Assembly (NCBI GenBank): GCA_964478995.1
Contig: CAYZJY010000003.1
Coordinates: forward strand, 1-47,538
Source: an uncultured bacterium
GTDB taxonomy: Bacteria; Fidelibacterota; Marinisomatia; Marinisomatales; UBA1611
Direction: 5' to 3'
Length of the DNA: 47,538 nt
In this document: positions 33,543 through 42,269 of the stretch, in pieces
Position numbering within the stretch: the first letter of the stretch is position 1
Layout: each line of letters begins with the position of its first letter
Translations under genes and position numbers: made by a program
Notes under the pieces: model-generated
The model's input: only the letters and a program-made list of their open reading frames with translations
What the model was told of the DNA's origin: nothing
The model's database searches: none

Positions 33543-36500
33543 ATGAAACAGGTGGTGATCGTTGCCAGCTTGATATCGTATTTGTTTTCAACTGGGTTTG
33601 ATACTCAGGATGGTGCTCCCATCCGCCAAGGCGTCCATGTCGAATGGTACAGGACAGTCGCGCCGGGTGCTGATGGTGAGGCCATATTTGTGTGGTCTGA
33701 TACACGTTTTGGAATGCGGAACATATTTGCCCATAAAATAGACCAAGATGGTCAATTGTTATGGGGCAGTGAGGGAGCGGTCGTTACCGATCTTCCCGGA
33801 AGACAGGAAGACCCTGTCGCCATCACAGATGGGAATGGAGGAATTTTTGTCGCATGGGTTGATTACCGGTTCGATGAACAGGGAGACATTTTCTTTCAGC
33901 ATCTAGATAGCAATGGTGAGACGCTCTTGAACGATAATGGGATTGCACTTGCGCAGGTGGAAGGAAAACAGATCACCATAAACATGTGTACAGATAGTCT
34001 TGGTGGAGTATTTGTGACCTGGCAAGATAAGAGAAGTGGAATTGACGATGACATATATGGCACCCATGTATCCGCAGAACATGATGTTGTCTCTCCTGGT
34101 ACTGGCTTGCCTATTGTAGTTGAAGGAGGTAACCAGAATGCCAAGACCATTGAATATGCAGGAGGGTCAGAGGCTTTTATAGCGTGGGCAGACTTTAGAG
34201 AGGGCGCAAACGCAGACATCTATGGTCAAAGGTTGAATACGGATATGGAAGTGCAATTTCAAGAAAACGGCATGGCAATTGCTGCATCAGATGAGCAAGA
34301 ACTAAAGCCACGTGCAACATTTGTACAAGGAAACACTTCGTTCATTGCTTGGAAAGAAGGTGATGAGAGTTCAAAGGTGCTTTATCAATTTGTCGATCAG
34401 GATGGCCTTGTCTTTGAGAGTCCAAGGGCAATTTCTGACAATGATGCACTGCAAACAGCACCTAGGGTAAAGAGGAGTGCTGATGGTGAGGTCTTTGTGA
34501 ATTGGAAAGATCTGAGAGATGATCCGATCGATGGAGATCAATATTTTCAAAAGATAGATGTGAGTGGTGATAGACAATGGGAAGACGGTGTACGAATAGA
34601 CCCAGTTGATGACGTGGATTTCAGTGCTAGATTTTCCGCGGGTTCAAATGGTGATCTTAATGTCATATGGGAGAGGGGTACCTTCCCAGATGTGGACATT
34701 CTTTTTCAAAATATTGATGCCAGTGGAAACTATGGAGTGGACCAACCTGTATTCATTTCAGATGCCTCTGGTTATCAATTTGCACCCATACTTGTCGGTA
34801 GTGGCCAGAGTGGGACCTTTGGTATCTATGGAGATCAAGGAACCGGCAGCATAGACCTTAAGGTTCAAAAGATAGGGGTCGATCTCGCACCGCAGTGGGA
34901 GAATAATGGGATCACTGCAATGTTTGGACTAGATGGCGATGTAAACTATACGAATGCATATAGAATTGGTGAAGAGGATCTTTATCTAATTTGGGAAGAT
35001 AATCGTGCATCAAAAAAGATCTATGGATCGCGTGTCACTGGGTTGGAGATTCAGGATTCTAATGGTAAGAAATTGACATTTGGGGATAATTCTTCTTCAG
35101 AGACCGATTTTTCTACACCTGATGTGATAAGTACTTCAACTGGTGTCTATGCAGCAACATTTGATGGGTCATCCTCTCCAAAATTCATCAGGGTCAATAG
35201 ATTGGATGAAAACTTAAATAATTTGTGGGATCCAGAAGGTGTCGCACTGAATGCTGTATTCGACATGCGCGGTGTACTTTTGACTGAGACCACTGATGGT
35301 GTTGGATGTTTCTGGTCGGAGAGCCGTGGATTTAACTATGACATATACTATCAAAAAATAGATCTAGAGGGTAACATGACCCTTGAAAGCGAGGGGGTGG
35401 AACTGGTCGACTCGAATGGAGACGACTATGTCATGGCAGTAGTACCCACGCCTGATGATAAATACATGATATTTTGGATGGAGGATGCATGGCCTGCAGC
35501 ATCACTCAAGTTTTCAAAAATAGATGAGCAAGGAAATACGGAGATCGGTTGGAATCCAAATGGAAATGTATTGAGTAGTTCCTCATCAGATTCAAGGCAT
35601 TTGCAGGTAAGACCTGTGAATAATGGTAGTGGCCTCCTTGCGGTGTGGATCCAAGATGGAAATTTCTCTGACATATATTCACAATTTATTGATTGGGACG
35701 GGAACACTGCATGGACCGAAGGTGGCATACCCATCGTTGATGCAGATAATGACCAAGTAAATGCCACTTTTCAATTCAACGAGGATGGCTCCCATGTCTT
35801 TATTGCATGGCAAGACTATAGAAATGGTTCAGACTTCGACATATATGGGGAGATCATAGATCTGAATACGGGTGCTGTAGGTCAGAATGGGATTTTACAA
35901 TTTTCTGCTGATACCACTGACCAGTACAATCCTAGAATGATTTCGGTGCAGGATAACGAATTCTTTATTGTTTGGGAAGATGAGAGGGGCTACTATAATG
36001 ATGACCCTCTGCTGATCAATGGAGTTGACCTTTATGGTAGTGGATATGTCATTGGAGAGGGAATGACGACTGAATCAAATGGCATACCCATTTGCATTGC
36101 ATACCATAAACAACAAAATGTGAATATTACTCATCACTCTGGTGAGGAATTCATTCTGGATTGGATTGATTTTAGGAGTTCAGGCAAAGAGGATCTAGCC
36201 AATTATTATGGGAGGACCCTCATGAAGGCAGAGTTGTTGGCAGCATCCTCATGTGATGATTGCAAGACATTACCAGAAACATTTTTACTCAACAAGGCCT
36301 ATCCTAATCCTTTTAACGGAAGGATCAACTTTGATTTTGAATTACCAGATAAACAGGCAGTTGAATTTCAAATTTTTGATCTACGTGGGAACCTTGTTTT
36401 TGATAGACTTTTGCTACCTGGAAATGGAGGTTCTTTTCGTTTAAGTTGGGATGCAAAGGATATCCATGGGCAAGAAATGGCAAGCGGAATTTACTTTTAT

Positions 36501-36554
36501 AAATTTAATGTAAATAGCATTATAACAGCAGGAAAAATTACCTATTTAAAGTAA
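33543..36554 (+). CDS. 1003-aa repeat (probable multi-blade beta-propeller) protein with T9SS C-terminal sorting domain
   Basis: By eye there are about 16 repeats of a unit of about 55-60 aa. The core is G.fVaW.D.R.....DIY.Q.iD..G, as in VAWVDYRFDEQGDIFFQHLDSNG, IAWADFREGANADIYGQRLN, IAWQDYRNGSDFDIYGEIIDLNTG and VWEDERGYYNDD. The C-terminus is AYPNPFNGRINFDF..GIYFYKF. Confidence 0.65.
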   Translation: MKQVVIVASLISYLFSTGFDTQDGAPIRQGVHVEWYRTVAPGADGEAIFVWSDTRFGMRNIFAHKIDQDGQLLWGSEGAVVTDLPGRQEDPVAITDGNGGIFVAWVDYRFDEQGDIFFQHLDSNGETLLNDNGIALAQVEGKQITINMCTDSLGGVFVTWQDKRSGIDDDIYGTHVSAEHDVVSPGTGLPIVVEGGNQNAKTIEYAGGSEAFIAWADFREGANADIYGQRLNTDMEVQFQENGMAIAASDEQELKPRATFVQGNTSFIAWKEGDESSKVLYQFVDQDGLVFESPRAISDNDALQTAPRVKRSADGEVFVNWKDLRDDPIDGDQYFQKIDVSGDRQWEDGVRIDPVDDVDFSARFSAGSNGDLNVIWERGTFPDVDILFQNIDASGNYGVDQPVFISDASGYQFAPILVGSGQSGTFGIYGDQGTGSIDLKVQKIGVDLAPQWENNGITAMFGLDGDVNYTNAYRIGEEDLYLIWEDNRASKKIYGSRVTGLEIQDSNGKKLTFGDNSSSETDFSTPDVISTSTGVYAATFDGSSSPKFIRVNRLDENLNNLWDPEGVALNAVFDMRGVLLTETTDGVGCFWSESRGFNYDIYYQKIDLEGNMTLESEGVELVDSNGDDYVMAVVPTPDDKYMIFWMEDAWPAASLKFSKIDEQGNTEIGWNPNGNVLSSSSSDSRHLQVRPVNNGSGLLAVWIQDGNFSDIYSQFIDWDGNTAWTEGGIPIVDADNDQVNATFQFNEDGSHVFIAWQDYRNGSDFDIYGEIIDLNTGAVGQNGILQFSADTTDQYNPRMISVQDNEFFIVWEDERGYYNDDPLLINGVDLYGSGYVIGEGMTTESNGIPICIAYHKQQNVNITHHSGEEFILDWIDFRSSGKEDLANYYGRTLMKAELLAASSCDDCKTLPETFLLNKAYPNPFNGRINFDFELPDKQAVEFQIFDLRGNLVFDRLLLPGNGGSFRLSWDAKDIHGQEMASGIYFYKFNVNSIITAGKITYLK
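36300..36551 (+). other. T9SS C-terminal sorting domain (PNPFN subtype)
   Basis: YPNPFNGRINFDFELPDKQAVEFQIFDLRGNLVFD..LSWDAKDIHGQEMASGIYFYKF..ITYLK. Confidence 0.7.
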
Positions 36555-36557
36555 AAG

Positions 36558-38864
36558 ATGAAGTATCTGCTAATCTTATTTCTAATCATTCCGACCTATG
36601 GACAATCATTGGATGAGCGCTATCATTCCCTTGATGAGATCTATGGTTTCTTGGACTCATTGGATCAAATCGAGGAACTGGATGATTGGGTTCATTTAGA
36701 TACACTTGGTTATTCTACCCATGAGAACATTCCGATCATTGGACTGAGGATCTCTGACAATGCCGATCAAAAAGAAGACGAGCCACGTGTCCTATTCATA
36801 GGACAGGTGCATGCCGAGGAGATCCTGGGAATAGAGATCGTGATCGACATGATAAAGGATCTATTGTTTCCAGACGCTAGCATTCATACCCACATGAGCA
36901 TACTTAAACAATACCTAGATATTTGGTTCATTCCCACGGCTAATCCTGAAGGTTTGAACGTTGTTCATGAGGGCCTAGACCTTAGTTACAGGAAAAATAA
37001 GAGAGATCTTTCTGCAGAGGGTCCATTTCCCAATGGTCTTTTTGATTATGACCCATCCATAGGGAATGATATTGACGGAGTGGATCTCAATAGGAATTTT
37101 GAGTTTAATTGGGTCTTTGGTGATACATTCCTTGAGCCTGATAACTCTGACTATGCATCACACTATGATTACTATAAGGGAGAGGAGCCATTCTCTGAGG
37201 ATGAGTCCATTGCGATCAGAGACCTAGCCTTGGAAAACGATTTTGTCTTTTCTGTTGTTTGGCATAGTTCTAGGTCTGGTAATCTAAGTGAAAAGGTTTT
37301 TACATCATGGAAGTGGGAAGAGGTAAAGGAATCGCCAGATCTTGGCATAATGAAGTCCATCGCAGATCATTTTTCTGGATCAATTGAGACAGAGGATGGT
37401 ACAAGTACTTATCTATCAGTTTACAGTGGGTCGAGGAATGGAAAACTCCATGACTGGTTCTATAGAGAGACAGGATGCATTCAATATTTGGTTGAATGTG
37501 GTACCTCTAATTTGCAACCTGACAGTGTCTTGATCGAGAATACAATTTCTAGGACAAAACCCGCGATGGTCTATTTGATGGATCGAGCAATAGGCTACTA
37601 TGCGGATGCTGCACAGATCACAGGCATTGTATACGATGCTCAAACTAATACTCCCATCCAAGACGCAGTCGTAGAAGTCGTGGAACACTCCGGAAGTGTA
37701 CTGAAACCCCGTAAAACAAATGAATTCGGGCGTTTTAGACGTATCCTAGATGTTGGAACATATACCTTTATTATCAAGGCAGAAGGATATCTTGATCAGG
37801 AAATGTCACTTGTTGCTAATAATAGCGGTATAACGGAACATGATGTCTACCTTGAACCTGCGCCAATGTACCAGTTAAATATCAGGCTGGTTCATGATGC
37901 GATTGATTATTTTACAATTAGCGGATCCATTTCAAATGAGTTCAGTTCAAATGCGGTTGAGATATCATCAGGAGACAATCAAATTGTCATACCAGAGGGG
38001 AAATATGAATTACAGTTTTTCATGGGCGATGGCCATGTCCCTTGGGAAAAAACGTTCATGTTGAACTCCGACCTTGAACTTTCAGTACCATATGAACAGG
38101 GAGTGGTTCACAATCTCGCTGAGTCACTACCTTGGCAGAACTCAACCGGTACATGGATCATGGAAGACATGATCTTGAGAACTCAGGAAGGGGTTTTATA
38201 TGAAAACATGGATTCCACATATGATGAGATATCAATGGAATCTGATCTTGTGGATGTCACAGGTAGTAATCGCATTGTAGTGGCACTTGATCATCGCTAT
38301 GAAACGGAATGGGACTTCGATCTAATTTCGGTTTCTATTATCAGTGAGGATGATGTGATACTGGGTTCGCAATCTTGGTCAGGTCATCGTTGGAATGATT
38401 TTCATGCTGAACTGATAACTGCTACTTCAGATAGTGCCTTTGGTTCAGTCAGGGTACGTATGACATTTACACCTGATCAGACTGTGAACTATAGAGGATG
38501 GGAAATAGGATCACTTGACCTATATGCCATGTCAGATGGGTATCTGGGAGCAACAGAGAGTATAGTTAACAATATCCCTAGAATACCCATGAGAATAAAT
38601 GGAATTTATCCCAATCCTTCCTACGGAAGACTGCAACTTGACATAGAGCGATATCCTGGAGGTGATGCATCTGTAGAGATCTACAATATTCTAGGACAGA
38701 ATGTGCTCTCAAAAAAAATTAAGAACATATCCAGTGGCAGACGTTTCATTGATCTTGACCTTAGTCACATGAATGGTATCCTAACAGGTTCTGGAATGTT
38801 CTTCATTCAAATAAAAACTCAAACTGAACAGGCTGTAAAAAAATGCATCATATTAAAAAATTGA
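36558..38864 (+). CDS. M14-family zinc carboxypeptidase with carboxypeptidase-regulatory-like domain and T9SS C-terminal sorting domain
   Basis: GQVHAEEILG carries the HxxE zinc ligands, VVWHSSRSG the third His ligand region, and IQYLVECGTS the catalytic Glu region. It is followed by ITGIVYDAQTNTPIQDAVVEVVE, a CarboxypepD_reg-like strand pattern. The C-terminus is IYPNPSYGRLQLDI..GMFFIQI. Confidence 0.75.
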   Translation: MKYLLILFLIIPTYGQSLDERYHSLDEIYGFLDSLDQIEELDDWVHLDTLGYSTHENIPIIGLRISDNADQKEDEPRVLFIGQVHAEEILGIEIVIDMIKDLLFPDASIHTHMSILKQYLDIWFIPTANPEGLNVVHEGLDLSYRKNKRDLSAEGPFPNGLFDYDPSIGNDIDGVDLNRNFEFNWVFGDTFLEPDNSDYASHYDYYKGEEPFSEDESIAIRDLALENDFVFSVVWHSSRSGNLSEKVFTSWKWEEVKESPDLGIMKSIADHFSGSIETEDGTSTYLSVYSGSRNGKLHDWFYRETGCIQYLVECGTSNLQPDSVLIENTISRTKPAMVYLMDRAIGYYADAAQITGIVYDAQTNTPIQDAVVEVVEHSGSVLKPRKTNEFGRFRRILDVGTYTFIIKAEGYLDQEMSLVANNSGITEHDVYLEPAPMYQLNIRLVHDAIDYFTISGSISNEFSSNAVEISSGDNQIVIPEGKYELQFFMGDGHVPWEKTFMLNSDLELSVPYEQGVVHNLAESLPWQNSTGTWIMEDMILRTQEGVLYENMDSTYDEISMESDLVDVTGSNRIVVALDHRYETEWDFDLISVSIISEDDVILGSQSWSGHRWNDFHAELITATSDSAFGSVRVRMTFTPDQTVNYRGWEIGSLDLYAMSDGYLGATESIVNNIPRIPMRINGIYPNPSYGRLQLDIERYPGGDASVEIYNILGQNVLSKKIKNISSGRRFIDLDLSHMNGILTGSGMFFIQIKTQTEQAVKKCIILKN
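38607..38861 (+). other. T9SS C-terminal sorting domain (PNPSYG subtype)
   Basis: YPNPSYGRLQLDIERYPGGDASVEIYNILGQNVLSKKI..GSGMFFIQIKTQTEQAVKKCIILKN. Confidence 0.65.
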
Positions 38865-41800
38865 CACTATTTCTTATCCTATCATCTTCATTATTATTTG
38901 CTGGAGAGTCATCTTTCCGAGGTAAGACTGCTGAAGAATTGATCGGTGAACCAATACCCATGTCCTTTGTCAACATGGTCTCCAATAATTACAATATCCT
39001 ACCATCACAGATGAATCCACAGAGAGGAAGTTATCTGATCATTTCCCCAGATGGAATTGCAGGGTATCTTGACGATTTTGTGGAGTTTAAGAATTCTCAA
39101 GGATTTGATGTTTTTGTATTGACACTATCTGAGACCGGAGAGTCAGCGTCTGAAATCAAGAATGCGATAGAAGATCACCTCCTAAGTGACCCGATGCTAG
39201 AGTACGTACTTTTGATCGGGGACGTAGATGGTTTCGCTGAGTGTCCATCTTTTTATTATGGTCCAGAAAATGATGTCACTGATCAACAGTACACATATCT
39301 TTCAGGAGACGATGTCATTCCAGATGTCTTCATAGGGAGACTTTCCATTGACTCATTATCAGATCTAGCAGTGATCATGTCCAAGACCATTAAATATGCT
39401 AGAGACCCTTTGGCATATGATGATAATTGGTTAGATAGAGGGCTCATCGTTGCTGGTAATTATTCTAATACATATCCAATACCCATCACCCCCAAATGGA
39501 CATCCTATTGGCTAATGGAAGAATTATTGGGTCATGGGTATAGTCAGGTTGATACTGTTTTTTATCCACCGGTACAACAAGGTGCATCATATATCATTCC
39601 TATCATAGATAATGGCGTTGGCATAGTCAATTATCGGGGATGGGGAGATGCCAATGGCTGGCACTATCCAGAATTTCATGTGGAGGATGTCAATGATCTG
39701 AATAATGGATGGCTTACACCAGTCTTCATGAGTTATGTATGTAATTCAAATGATTTTGCAAATAATGTTGACCCATGTCTTTCGGAAGCAGTATTGAGGG
39801 GTGGGACACCAACTGTTCCCAAGGGTGGTGTTGCATTCATTGGCCCATCAGATCTCCATACAAGTACAAAATATAATAATGTAATCAATGCCTATATGTA
39901 CGATGCAATGTTGAACCACGATGTGGTTGAACTCGGACCGGCAATGCAGGCCGGGCAATTTGGCCTAACCAAAGAGTTTCCAGCACAGAATGGTCCTGGA
40001 GAGGCACAAGAATTTTATGCAAATGTCTATAATATTCTAGGTGATCCCTCCTTGCAGGTCTATTTGGATAGACCCAGACAATTCATGATATCAACCAATG
40101 AATTGTCATCCAATGATGCTTTTATTGAATTATCGATTACAGATATTGATAATGGAGATGGCATAATGAATGCAGTGATAAGCATCATGAGCGATGGGCA
40201 GATGCTTGCAAAGGGAATTACCGATGCTTCTGGCAATTTCGTTACATCTTTGGATCTAGATGGGCAGGGTACGGTTGATGTTTATTTGAATAAGGCTGGC
40301 TTTGTGCAGGGACATGAAACGGTGATGGTGAACGATGTTCATGGGATACGACTCTCAGAACTTATCATCGATAATGAAAGCGAGGGTGAAAGACCAACCC
40401 TTGGTTCTACATTCTCTTTCAGTATGGTGTTGGAAAATACATCTAGCAATACTCTCAATGCTTCAGGAGCAACAATAACCTTCTCTGATAATGTTTTACC
40501 TTCATCCGTTGACATAGAGGTTCCGTCTCTTGCAGAGGGTGAGACCATAACAATAGAAGGTGTTGAGATTATTGCATATGATACAGACGTAGGTAATTCT
40601 TTCATAGGGAATCTATCCTATGATAATGACATGGAAATAACATGTGATTTTTCCATTGAAATTGAAATGCCAGTTTTTGACATAGAATTTGAGAACCAAC
40701 CAGTACCAGGTTCTGAATTTGATCCGCAATTGACCATCACTAATTATTCTGGTGGTTATTACCATGATATCTGGCTTGAGATAGTGGCCTTATCAGATGG
40801 TGCTGAGGTATCCCAAAATAGTGCATCAGATCAATACTCTGATTTTATAGCATTTGCATCATCAACATATGGCACCAACTACAATGTTACTCTTGCAGAT
40901 GTGTCATACGGAAGTGATGTCACATTTCTGGTTAAATTCATTAAAAATGGAAACTTGATATTTTCTCAACCTGTTCCTCTACACTTAACTCCCATCAACC
41001 AAAATATTCCTGTTGCTCCAAATAATTATGGATATTGGGCCTATGATGATACGGACGATGGTTATGAACAAAGGCCAACCTTTGATTGGGTAGAATTAGA
41101 TCCAAACTTTGGTGGGAACAATGCAACTCATTATCAATTAGACGATGATGATCATGTAGATATTGATCTGCCCTTTCTCTTCAAATACCATGGAGTTGAT
41201 TACGACAAGATCACAGTTAGCTCAAATGGTTGGACATCTTTTGAAGGTTGTGAAATTGATTATTTCTGGAACATGTCCATCCCCATGTACATGGGGCCAA
41301 AGGCCATGCTTGCACCATTTTCGGACGATCTGGAGACCATTGATACAGATGGTGATGGTGAGATAGATAAGTGGATCGATCTATATGTTTTACATGATGA
41401 GGATAATGGCCGATTTATCATGGAATGGTCTAGGGCATTAAATGGATATGATGAGGTAACCGAAGAGACCTTTGAGGTAATTCTTTATGACCAGAACGCA
41501 TTACCAACAGAAGATGGAAATGGGGTCATAGAGTTCCAATATCTAGAGATCGAAGATGTTGATGTCACAAAAAATTATTCTACGGTAGGCATTGAATCAC
41601 CTGAGAAAAATTATGGGATCCAATACGTATTCAATAATGTCTATGCTCCCGGTGCTGCACCCCTAGTAAATGAAAGGGTCATTCGTTTTACAACTGAGGC
41701 CCCTTCAAATTATGTTGCATCATTGGGTGTTGATGAAAAGGTGATCCCGAACGAATTTACTTTAAGTCCAGCCTATCCAAATCCATTTAATCCCAATACT

Positions 41801-42028
41801 CACATCGACCTTAGAATTCCCATTACGGATAGGGTAGATATTTCCATTTATGACATACTTGGTAGACAAGTCGCGAACCTTAATAGAAGGGTCTTGGTTA
41901 GTGGGAACTATAAGTTCTCATGGAGTGGAACGAATGATCAAGGAAAAACACTGGCGTCTGGGACTTATTTCGTAATGGTCAAGTATCGTGAAAATACACA
42001 AATTCAGAAACTGCTATTTTTAAAATAA
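38843..42028 (+). CDS. gingipain-like C25-family protein (1061 aa) with the shared module and a T9SS C-terminal sorting domain
   Basis: The signal peptide is LTLFLILSSSLLFA. The C25 core aligns with RgpB: YLIISPDG..FVEFKNSQGFDVFV, YVLLIGDVDG, DVFIGRLSIDS, IVNYRGWGDANGW, PVFMSYVCNSNDF, GVAFIGPSD, ILGDPSLQVY. The C-terminus is AYPNPFNPNTHIDL..GTYFVMV. It overlaps the upstream gene by 22 nt. Confidence 0.75.
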   Translation: MHHIKKLTLFLILSSSLLFAGESSFRGKTAEELIGEPIPMSFVNMVSNNYNILPSQMNPQRGSYLIISPDGIAGYLDDFVEFKNSQGFDVFVLTLSETGESASEIKNAIEDHLLSDPMLEYVLLIGDVDGFAECPSFYYGPENDVTDQQYTYLSGDDVIPDVFIGRLSIDSLSDLAVIMSKTIKYARDPLAYDDNWLDRGLIVAGNYSNTYPIPITPKWTSYWLMEELLGHGYSQVDTVFYPPVQQGASYIIPIIDNGVGIVNYRGWGDANGWHYPEFHVEDVNDLNNGWLTPVFMSYVCNSNDFANNVDPCLSEAVLRGGTPTVPKGGVAFIGPSDLHTSTKYNNVINAYMYDAMLNHDVVELGPAMQAGQFGLTKEFPAQNGPGEAQEFYANVYNILGDPSLQVYLDRPRQFMISTNELSSNDAFIELSITDIDNGDGIMNAVISIMSDGQMLAKGITDASGNFVTSLDLDGQGTVDVYLNKAGFVQGHETVMVNDVHGIRLSELIIDNESEGERPTLGSTFSFSMVLENTSSNTLNASGATITFSDNVLPSSVDIEVPSLAEGETITIEGVEIIAYDTDVGNSFIGNLSYDNDMEITCDFSIEIEMPVFDIEFENQPVPGSEFDPQLTITNYSGGYYHDIWLEIVALSDGAEVSQNSASDQYSDFIAFASSTYGTNYNVTLADVSYGSDVTFLVKFIKNGNLIFSQPVPLHLTPINQNIPVAPNNYGYWAYDDTDDGYEQRPTFDWVELDPNFGGNNATHYQLDDDDHVDIDLPFLFKYHGVDYDKITVSSNGWTSFEGCEIDYFWNMSIPMYMGPKAMLAPFSDDLETIDTDGDGEIDKWIDLYVLHDEDNGRFIMEWSRALNGYDEVTEETFEVILYDQNALPTEDGNGVIEFQYLEIEDVDVTKNYSTVGIESPEKNYGIQYVFNNVYAPGAAPLVNERVIRFTTEAPSNYVASLGVDEKVIPNEFTLSPAYPNPFNPNTHIDLRIPITDRVDISIYDILGRQVANLNRRVLVSGNYKFSWSGTNDQGKTLASGTYFVMVKYRENTQIQKLLFLK
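41021..41638 (+). other. shared ~185-210-aa module, copy 3 (in C25 protein 2)
   Basis: NNYGYWAYDDTDDGYEQ..FDWVELDP..VDIDLPFLFKYHGVDYDKITVSSNGWTSFEG..PFSDDL..FEVILYD..YSTVGIESPEKNYGIQYVFNN. Confidence 0.7.
41774..42025 (+). other. T9SS C-terminal sorting domain (PNPFNP subtype)
   Basis: YPNPFNPNTHIDLRIPITDRVDISIYDILGRQVANL..FSWSGTNDQGKTLASGTYFVMV..LLFLK. Confidence 0.75.
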
Positions 42029-42267
42029 TGAATTATTCGATTAAAATATATTCTACATCATGGTGTCAACCGTGCAAGTCTGCAAAACGTTTATTAGAGT
42101 CAAAGGGATTGACTTATGAAGATGTAGACATAGAGGAAATAGGATGGAGTAGGGATGACCTCTTTGATATTACAGGGGGTAGGACCGTTCCTCAGATCAT
42201 CATAGATGAAAAACCGATAGGTGGCTATGATGACCTTTTAAAATTAGACCAGGAAGGAAAATTATAA
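42028..42267 (+). CDS. glutaredoxin-family small redox protein (active site WCQPC)
   Basis: This 79-aa protein has IKIYSTSWCQPCKSAK..., followed by TVPQIIIDEKPIGGYDDL, the classic Grx cis-Pro and GG motifs. Its ATG overlaps the upstream TAA by 1 nt (TAATG). Confidence 0.8.
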   Translation: MNYSIKIYSTSWCQPCKSAKRLLESKGLTYEDVDIEEIGWSRDDLFDITGGRTVPQIIIDEKPIGGYDDLLKLDQEGKL

Positions 42268-42269
42268 TA

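Noticed and set aside
38843-38864. 22-nt overlap between the M14 carboxypeptidase and C25 protein 2, which could indicate a frameshifted fusion or pseudogene.
   Set aside because: The upstream protein has a complete CTD ending at its own stop codon. The downstream protein begins with its own signal peptide (KKLTLFLILSSSLLFA). These are two intact genes with an ordinary overlap.
4078-42025. Recurrent nucleotide strings of the type tatccaaatcc(a/t)tt(c/t)aa(c/t)cc, considered as possible DNA repeats, REP elements or a CRISPR-like array.
   Set aside because: They always fall in frame at the start of the C-terminal sorting domains (YPNPFNP). They are spaced irregularly, kilobases apart, and diverge at synonymous positions. 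This is protein-level conservation rather than a DNA repeat system.
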